Shown here piece by piece: positions 1-10,000 of a stretch of 64,000 nt of DNA. The translations under genes were made by a program, and so were the position numbers. Origin of the DNA: an uncultured virus (IMG/VR IMGVR_UViG_3300018475_001895). Taxonomy: Duplodnaviria; Heunggongvirae; Uroviricota; Caudoviricetes. The stretch lies in the IMG/VR virus record IMGVR_UViG_3300018475_001895, one strand, 5' to 3'. The notes under the pieces are model-generated. The model was given only the letters and a program-made list of their open reading frames with translations. It was not told the DNA's origin and searched no databases. Every line of letters starts with the position of its first letter. Positions within the stretch are counted from its first letter, which is position 1.

Positions 1-975
1 ATCGACATTACCACTAGCCACAGCGCCATATGTATCGGCACTACTATCCATATTCGACTTGCCCCGATAGGTTCCATCATACGCAAGAGTATCACGTCTA
101 TCTGTAATAAACGTATACTGGAAAGGCATACCGTGGACAAAGAGCATACGACCAATAGGAATACTCATCATAGAGCTATCCACATAAGCACTATAGTCAT
201 ATCCATATGCTTCATACAGTGCCTCCATGTTCGCATTCATATCCATCTGATTGATGACAACATCATCTTCACCAGCAGCATCACCATCCACACTAAAATC
301 AGGAACATCAACACTATCACCATCTGGTGTTGTTACGGTATTGGGATCCTGCTCAACTGTATTTTCGCCAGCAGTATAAGTACCAGCAGAAGCGGTCATC
401 ATACGAGCGGTTCTCAAATATGGATTATTATATCGAATAGTAACACCATCAGGTGATTGCACTGCGCGATCTAAGGTAATCCACATTCCAACAACGGTCT
501 GGTCGGCACTGGCAGACTGTGCAATATGGTATCGGGTTTCAATCATACCATTGATATTAACTTCAATCTTTTTATCACACATTAACCTATCACCAATGAT
601 CAAACCATTGGATTCAGCCGAAGATCCGCTATATGAAGAAAATACTTTCGCTCCAGATGCTTTAATGATAAGTTCTACCTGCACAGGAATAGCTCCGTTG
701 GCTTCTACTTCCGGAATGATCTCCTCTTCATCCAGAATTGGCATTACTTGCAGCATTGTAGCAGGGCACCAATATCCAACAGGAACATTCTCATCATTAG
801 AACTCTCACTAATATAAAAGAGCTCCAAAGTACCAGAGATAAACTGCTTTCTAGAATAAAACTCTGTACCTTCAGGGAGTAATACTGTGGATGGTACGGT
901 ATCATACACGGAGTGAAACAGTCGTGTAGTTCGGATACATTTACATACCATTGAATTTGTTACAAAATCGGCCAT
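1..975 (-). CDS. Partial CDS running off the window edge; putative virion/tail protein downstream of the tape measure gene
   Basis: ATG at 975 with GAAAGGAG Shine-Dalgarno (SD); open frame MADFVTNSMVCKCIRTTRLFHSVYD... to position 1 with no stop, so absent from the ORF track. Function inferred from position only. Confidence 0.7.
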   Translation of the reverse strand, partial: MADFVTNSMVCKCIRTTRLFHSVYDTVPSTVLLPEGTEFYSRKQFISGTLELFYISESSNDENVPVGYWCPATMLQVMPILDEEEIIPEVEANGAIPVQVELIIKASGAKVFSSYSGSSAESNGLIIGDRLMCDKKIEVNINGMIETRYHIAQSASADQTVVGMWITLDRAVQSPDGVTIRYNNPYLRTARMMTASAGTYTAGENTVEQDPNTVTTPDGDSVDVPDFSVDGDAAGEDDVVINQMDMNANMEALYEAYGYDYSAYVDSSMMSIPIGRMLFVHGMPFQYTFITDRRDTLAYDGTYRGKSNMDSSADTYGAVASGNVD

Positions 976-994
976 ATTCTATCTCCTTTCCACA

Positions 995-1037
995 AAATAA
1001 AAAGAAGAGGGACACAGGGTGATACCTGTGTCCCTCT
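995..1037 (-). terminator. Intrinsic terminator after the tape-measure gene
   Basis: AGAGGGACACAGG(1006-1018)/CCTGTGTCCCTCT(1025-1037) stem followed by a T-rich tract on the minus strand. Confidence 0.8.
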
Positions 1038-1056
1038 CGACATCTTGAACGCCCGG

Positions 1057-4000
1057 TTATATGCTTGTCAACCGGTTAATGGTTAGTGCTCCAACATCCT
1101 CGGGATTCTTATCACCATTGGGATAATGAGGCTGAACCGTAGGGAGACTAGAGTTTGAGTTGATGGAAGATGTGCTATCATCAGCAGTTTTCTCTGTATT
1201 CTTACTGATCTTAGTAAGCAGATCCACCATCGTTGCCATACTAGCAGCAATAACTTGCAGTGCATCAGTGTACTCACCGGGGGCTCCACCAGAAGAACTA
1301 GCACCAACAGCTTCAGTAATTTTCTCAGTAAGAGTGGCAACTGTGCTGTCAGTCTGAGCTTCATCACGAGCTTTATCGAACTGTGCATTAATTCTGCGTA
1401 CATCAGCCATGATAGCAGAATGACTATCAGACATATCCGCAACACCACGACCCCAACCTGGACCAGCACCGGTAGTGGGATTATCGACATTCGCATAGGT
1501 ATTATAGATCTGTGCGGCGGATTGTGCACGAGCAGCAAGCTGTTCCTGACCCTTACTGGTACTAGACCAACCACTGTACATCTCAAAGTTATCCAGACCA
1601 ATCTGAGCGCCATGTTCGGGAGATGTTGCTTGATTCAATTTCTCTTTAAGTCCGGAGAAAGATGTAGATGTCTCATGCTCAAAGAACTTCAGCTGTGTAG
1701 ATAGTTCACGCCAGTCAAGGTTGTTATCAACCGCAAACTTGAACAAATTATAACCGCGAGGACCAGTCCACTGTGCAAGGCCGATACCTGGATAATAGTT
1801 ACCATCAGAGCCCTTATATGCGCCTCTATTGATACTAATATCAGAGTTATCATATGCGCGGAAAAGTCTCTCAGTCCAATCGTTCAAAGCCGCATTACTG
1901 GACAGAACCTGATCATGTCCGGGGAATCCAGACAGATAGTCACCTTCAACTCGAGCTGAAGTATTGCCAGATTCATGTTGCCAGCAACCCATAATACCTG
2001 CAGCACCTTCAGGTGTGTAACCTTCTTTCTGCAGATAGTTCCAAATCTCAGATTTATGCTGAGTAGGATCAGTCTTACCGGCAGATGCGCCGAAACTAAA
2101 GTTTGTGCCGCCAACAACACCACCGCTAGAACCAACTTTACGTCCAGTCGTGACAGTATTGCCATTTTCGTCTACAGTCTCACTACTGAGAGTTCCACCG
2201 AGAAGCACGGTCATAATGTCATCCATCTGACTACCGATACTACTGAATACGGTACTGAGAGCAGACATAGTATCCATACCAGTCACATCAGGTATACTGC
2301 TCCCTGTAGAAGAATATGCTGTTGTCGATCCAACTACAGCGGTGCCACCCAAACTTGTACCACCAACCATAGCTCGTTGACTCATATCCAAGGGCAGTAG
2401 ATTATCAATCGATCCCTTACCGTCCTTGGTGAATGCCCAGAAGTTTTTACCCTCACTTGCAAAAATACTAGGATCCCAAACTTTCTCAGTTCTTGTTGTA
2501 GATGCAGGATCATTTACAAGGATCATTCCATTTCTCGTACCAACGAGATCGATAAAATGTCCACCATTTGTAAAATGACCTTTACTCATACTAGCAAGAA
2601 TTGGAACACCAGATGCGAGTGTATCAACAAGTTGACTGGCAGGAACAGTCTTGATATCAAGACCATATTCTTCAGCAAGTGCAGGGAATAATGCCCATGC
2701 TGTGCCGTTATTAGATGTGCGATGGCCGTGTGCAACAGACCAATCAGCAACACCAGGGGGATCTGCAGGAATACCAAACGATCTAAGAATCATGGCAGCA
2801 GACGTGGGACCACATGCAGAAGACTTCATTGTCTGACTGGAATCCCCGATACTGGAATACATCTTAGTTGCCCAACGAGAGTCGCCCTGGAGATAAAACG
2901 GAAAATTATTCTTATACTCTACACTGGTATCAACATTTGCATCTGTAGCATTCTCGGGAGTTGCTTCATCATCAGCGCCATATCGTTCGGGGCCGCCCTT
3001 ACCATAGGAGTAAATCGCATTCTTGGTATTATCTAACAGGCCCTTCATTGTTGTAGATTTCCGACTACCGGTCAGAGGATCAACGAGACCAACTCCGCCC
3101 TTGCCAGTCATCCTATCCGCAACCATGTAGTGCATATTCTTACCATATGCGCCACCCTTACCCATTACAACAACAGGCTGACCTTTACGCAGATTTGCTG
3201 CCATTGCATTGGAATTTACAGGACCTTCAGACATACCATAGCCGTGAGATGCAGCATATTGACCAAAGAACGCAGGATTGGTTCCACCATCAGAAGCTCG
3301 CATACCCATGCTGTAACTCATACGATTCGCTTCACCGGGAGTAGAGCCTCGCGCACCGTAAGCGGAAGACACCATAGCAGCAGCAGTAGGGCCGCAACCA
3401 GCCTTAGCCATAGCTTGAGAGTCCTGATTCCACTTTCCAGAGCGCTGGCTCATAGGAGTGACAGATCCAGTTCCCCATTCAGAGATATCATAACCATCAC
3501 CGCCACCAAACCAACCCTTCACTGTGCTCCATGCATTAGACGCGCCAGTCTTGATCTTATTCCAAACGCCGGATGCGCCAGATTTAATTCTACTCCACAT
3601 AGAGGTATCCCCAGACTTCGCAGCACTGGACGCAACTGCAGCAGTTGCCATTGCAGAACTGATAGAAGCATTAGAACCTTCAGTCTCTTTCATATCAGCA
3701 ATCAAAGAAGAACCGAGCCCTTCACCGATAATACCGAAAATATTCGGAAGCTTCGATTTATCTTTATAGATATCCTGCATCATATTGATCAGTGATTGAC
3801 CGATACCAAATCCAGCATTTATGATAGTTTCACTAAGCTGTTTGGGGTTCTTGATAAACTCAGTAACCTTACCAATGATACCACCGTTTCCGTCAGCACC
3901 AGTAACAGAAGCTACCTTATCTTTCACTGCACTGGCAATACGAGAAATAATGCCTTGCTGCGCAACTGCAACGCCAGACGGCACTCCCATTCCCCATTCA

Positions 4001-7000
4001 CCATATCCAGGACCGCTACCAAAGATTCCGCCAAACCAATTACCAACCGCAGATGCGCCAGATTTAATACCTTCCCAAGCTTTTGTGGCACCTGTTGCAA
4101 TAGCATTACCGGCCTTTTTAGCACCAGAAGATATCGCATCTCCTGCTTTCTGGAAAATATTCTTACGTTCCGAGCCATCAGCATTGTACTTCTTAGCATA
4201 CTCGTCGACAGTAAGAGATGCATTATTCTCTGCATTATAGGTATCCGTGGCAGTCTGAAGTTCGGCCTGCTTCTTAGCGAGTTCAGCCTTACCATCTTCA
4301 TCCTGGAAGATATTGTAGACAGCCTGAACTATCTTGTCCATGAACAAAGAAGCAGCAACGCTCAGGAATCCGCCAACACCAGGAATCAGAGAAAGTAATC
4401 CACCAAGGGTATTACAGAGACCTGCTGTTAAACGCATACCGAGAGTTACATCCTCACCGAAAACATTAAAGTATTTACGAGCATTACCCATGCCACTTGT
4501 AAAATCAACGATAGCAAAACCGATAGCAAGAATACCACCAGTACCAAAAGCGGCAATTTGCTTAATCGTAGACTTCAGTGTTGACTTTGCACCATCCTTC
4601 AATGCCTTCTCAAGAACTTCGCCACTCAGCATTGCAACTAGCTTGGATCCCACCTGACCAATCTTTTTAGAGAGTTTGCCAAATGCAGCTTTAACTGTCT
4701 TATTGCTCAACAAAGTATCGATCAACTTCTTAATAGCACTCTTGACAGGACCGGTATCCGTAGCAGCTTCAGCAGCTTCTTTCGCTACAGCGCCAGCTGC
4801 AGCTTTTGTACTCTTTCCTGCAGCTATACCACCGAGCTTCTCACTCAAACCAGTCATTAGAGAACCGACCTTCTGTGAAGCTTTCGCGCCAAAGTTCATA
4901 AGACCATCTTTAACAGCAGTCACACCTTCGACAACTTTGCCTCCAACAGCTTTAGCACCATCGGCAACAGCACTACCTCTAATCATATCAAAGAGGCCAG
5001 TAACACCAGTTTTCGCATTATCAACAACACCACCTACAACTTGACCAATTTTAGTATTGCCAAGCCATTCGACAGCATTACCAATAGCGTTCTTAGTGCC
5101 CTGAATGCCTCTACCGATGAAACCACCAGCTCTGCTGGATCTAGTAGCACCTTCAGCAACATCATCGGGATGAATAATTCCTCGAACGAAATCTCCAACC
5201 CTACCAAGACGAGTAGCCGCTTTAGCAGTTTTTGTCCAGGTCTTAGTACCCCTACGAGTAAGAGAATGAACAGCTTTTTCAGATGCCTCGCCGGCAATCT
5301 CTTTCGCAGCATTAGAATCGGACAGCGCAGAAACGATCTGATTCGGGCTCAGCTTATTCAGACCCAATCCTCTCAAAAGATTAATTCCGAAATTTTCAAG
5401 ACCCCAAGCCTTATTACCCTTATCACTGAACATATGGAACATGAACGGCAGACCAACAGAAGCAATACCGGACAGTAATCCACCCTTACCGAGCAGGAAG
5501 TCCAGAATTCCGTTAGAAGATTTCTCTTCACCATCGCCTCCACCAGCTGCAACCAGTTGCCCATTTGCATTCATTTGCTGAGCTGCCATAACAGCTTCAG
5601 CTTCTTCCTGTGTCTGAGCAGACTGAATCATTTTATCATACTCTTCTGCAGGAGTAGCAGAGGACTCTGCGGATCTATCAGCAGATAGATACTTGCGCTT
5701 CCATCTACGGAACCGATCAGCTGCTGCTCTTGCGGCATTCTTTACATGATCAAGAGGGTTTGGTTTATTCGGCCCGCCACCAGCAGAAGGTGTTCCACTT
5801 CCAGGAGCTTTAGGCGCACCAGGCGCTTGTTTGTTATCATTCGCTGCAGGAAGACCAGGAAGATTGCCAGAATCACCACTAGAGGTAGGTGCATCCTGAT
5901 CAGAATCAGTACCGTTATCGGTATTGAACTTAGCGCTCTTCTCTACACCGAGGATATAGACAGGAATTGCATGATTGGATAATTTTCTGGCCATTCCGTT
6001 AATAACCGTTACATACGGGAATGGGATACGGGCATCGCCTCCGATAGCAACAGGTGTTAGACCCTTAACCTCATCAAGATATCCACCATCAATAATGAAG
6101 GAACCGATCTTCTTGATTTTGGTTTTGATCTTATCTACACCTTCACCATCTTCATCATCACCCTTACCAGTGATTTTATTCCAAACCCATTTAACTCCTT
6201 TTCCTACACCCTTAGCCGCAAACTTGATACCCTTGCCTATTCCCTTTCCGACAAACTTCATGCCATCCCAGGCAAGTTTCGCAACATCGGGAGCGATAGC
6301 TGCTGCAGTCTCAACAAGACCTCGCACAACGGAAGAAATACCAAGTATACCATCTTTTAGTACACCAGTAAGTGTACCAAGGATATCACCAAGCGCTTTA
6401 CCGATACCTTCACCGGCAGCTTTTATCGTTTTGCCTACACCGACAAGGATTTCTCCAACACCTTGTGCAGCACCCTTCAAAAGTTCGCCGATTGCAGAAC
6501 CAATCGTCTTAGTAATGCTCCACATGGTTTTCGCAGCGCCAACAACGCCATCCTTCAACGCTCCAACAGCTTTTCCAAGCAAACGGAACGGATGCATGAC
6601 AGTATCGATAACTTTACCGACACGTTCTTTGACACCACTGAAAACATCGCTTACGGTTTCGGCTACACGATCATAGATCTTACCGAAAATAGTCCGACGC
6701 TTCTTTACCTTCTTACTACCTTCCATCTCCTCGGGAAGTTCTTCATCAGAAAGCTTTCCAAACTTCTTATCGAGAAGTGTTTTGATATAGGCAATATTCC
6801 AACCAGTACCACCAAGCTGGCCCTTAATCTCACTATAGATCTTGGGGATATCTTTGGTATGCTTGGAGATTGTCTCAAGATATTCATTATCAGACTTCTT
6901 TGCTTTGTGTCGTTTAGTAGGAGCTTCCCTATCAGCTTTCGCTTTAGATTCACGATCAGCTTTTATCTTTTCAGATTCAGCCTTATCTCTATCTCTTTGA

Positions 7001-10000
7001 GCAGCTTTATCAGCGCGCTCTTTATCACGCAACTTCTTTCGTTCAGACTGACTATCTCTCTTTTTCTGCTCCTTAGGATCCTCTACAGACTTCCAGTCAG
7101 CATCCACATAACTAGGATCTGTATCCGGCACCCACTGTCCACCAGGAATGAATCGACCATTCGCATCTCTGTTCTGGACATACTTCATTCCAGCATAAGG
7201 ATCAGTAGCAGTATTGTCTGTAGATGCATCAGGAGCTTGTTCGGCTCCAGGTGCAGGTTTAGACCCACCTTTAATCTTATTCCAAGTATCACGGAAGGTT
7301 TGTTTCAGTCTCCCGCCGAGTCCTCGACTCTGTTGTTTCGCTTCTTCCTCAGACGGAGGCTTTTTTCCGAAAAACTGTCCAAAGAATCCACGAACAGTGC
7401 CTGTCATATGACCAATAGTCTCTTTCGCTTCATTAATCTTCTGCTCTCGTTCAAGTCGAGCCTGTTCTTTCTTATCAGCGCGAGCTTTCTCTTTGCGCTC
7501 TTCCGGGGTTTCACCGCCAACCTTACCAGTAACAATAAACTCCAATGCTTTAAACGGCGCAGAGATAATATTACCGATAGCCTTACCAATAGCGCTAAAG
7601 ATTTTGTTAGTTGCATTCTCAAGAGGAGTAATTACTTTCTCTTTAAAGAACTCACCAAGAGGCTTACCAACATGTTTCTCAAAAACATTATCGAAGCTCT
7701 CTTTAATCTTATCGCCAATATTATGGAAAGACTCTTTGATTCGTTCTCCCGCTTCATGCATTTGCTCCTTCAAAGGCTCAATGGAACGGGAAAACGGGCC
7801 GACTACATTCTTATCAAACCATTCTCCAACAGATTTACCCATCTGGTTAATCTTGTTAGACATGGGTGTAAGAATTTTATCTTTCGTAAAATCGAACGCT
7901 TTACCGAACAGACCACCTTGGCGTTTCTTGACAGTCTTGGTAATTTTATTACCATTTTCATCAGTGGACTCTTCAGTAACATCAGCTTCCTCGCCGAAGA
8001 AGAATGAATTGATCTTCTCAGCATTCAGTGCTCCTGTAAGACCGCCTAAGAATCCGAAGATAGGACCACCGGGAATCAAAGACAGACCGGGAATAATACC
8101 GAGACTGGAAATGAGTCCCCAAGCACCAGCACCCAGTGTAGCCCCACCAAGAGCGGCTGGGGCTCTATCTTTTATTTCCTTCTTAACCTTCTCTCTGAAC
8201 TCTTTGCTGATTAAACCAGATTTAGGATCTTCGATATTACCGAACAAAAGTTCTCGCATCTGATGAGATGCAGTGGTCATTCCACCAAGTGCGCCAATAA
8301 CTCCGCCAAGCAGAGGACCACCGGGTAAGAACATACTACCAATGACACCGATAGCAGCACCTTTACCCATAGCAGGCGCATACTGTTTGAATGCATCAGT
8401 AACAGTACGATCAATAAGGCCAGACTTAGTCTGTTTCTTTCGCGTGACCTTCTTACCAGTAAGAGGATCCACCACCGGCTTCATCCGACCTGGATTCTTG
8501 GGATCTGGCATCATGACATCTTCAACATCATCACCAAATTCACCAAACAGGAAAGACTTTAGCTTATCAGAACCAGCAACAAGACTGGCTCCACTACCAA
8601 GAACCATTCCCAGAATAGGGCCACCAGGTAAAAAGAGACTTCCGAGAAGACCCGCACCAGCGCCAATGACCATATCAGGAAAAGCTTTATTAACTTCATC
8701 TTTAACAAGCTTAAACTTCTCCCGAGAACCGTGGTCATCGCCATTAGCATCTGGACCAAAAAGCATATCAGTGAAATCATCGGTAGCTTTCTTTATCTTA
8801 CCACCAATGCCGTAGTAGCCCATATAGTCCTCGCCATTCTCACCATGTACATACTTTACACCTTTACGAGGACTATCCGCAGCTTCGCCCCAGAGGAGCC
8901 TGTCGATTAAACCAGCACCTTCAGTTTTGGTTCCATCTTTAATACCGCGAACTTTACCTCGTATTTGGTTATATGCATCACTAAAACGGCCACCACTATA
9001 TTCACCAGTGAAATTGCCCTCTTCGTCAAGAACTTTATTACCGATAAACTTGGACTTAATGCGACCGCCGAATTCTTTAGCTCGATTCTTAACCGGATCC
9101 ACAACTTTCTCAAAGAGTCGATTTTTAATCCTTGGGATCAAACCGGTCTCTTTATTGAAAAGAGAATCCTTTAACGGTTCACCAATGTGTTCAGCAAACC
9201 AACTTCTTGCATCCATCCAGTGCGCCTTTACCGAAGCAGTTACAGTGCGCATAAGACTGGGTACTTCATCAGTGCTATTAAGATACGATTCCGCATCTTC
9301 ACCGTAGATGATCTTAAATAAGAATGCATCAATGGTCTCAAGCCCCTGATTCATAAGAGCGAACGGAGCTTTTGTCATTGCACCCTTTAGATTATCTAAG
9401 AAGCCCTTATCTGGACTAATTCCCAAACGCTCTTTAAACTTATCACTATGAGAAGTGATTAGTCTACGAGTAGCCTCAATCTGAGGATTGTCCGATGTCC
9501 CAGGAGCCGTATTCTTTATCTGTAATGCTTCCTGGTATGCCATAATCGTTTCGAGAGGTGTATCCTTATCAATAATAAGTTCGTCAAGAGAACGAACCTT
9601 ATCAATTTCAGCCTGCCTCTTTTGTCTATCGCTACGCTCACGACGCTCACGTTCCTGACGCCGAGCAGTTGCACCATTTTCCGCTTGCACTTTTCTATCA
9701 AGACTATCACGAACAGTTTGAGCATCTTTGAGAGCTTCTGTAAGCATCGGGTTACCAGATGTGCTTACATTGCCAGTTTCATTACCGATAATGTAAGTGT
9801 ATGTGATAATACCTCGGCGCAATGTTGTAAGAATATCATTTGCAATGATATTAGTAGCATTTACGCCTCCCATTGTCAAGTTCCGAGCATGTGCTTTCTT
9901 GACAATATCATCACGCTCATCTTCCGTTAAACCATATCGACGTCTCTTAGACTCATACTCAAGACTATTTGCAGTCTCTTTATCGAGCATTCCAGAGAAG

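Noticed and set aside
6463..8007. 514-aa plus-strand ORF and other nested ORFs inside the tape measure gene
   Set aside because: Antisense or alternate-frame artefacts
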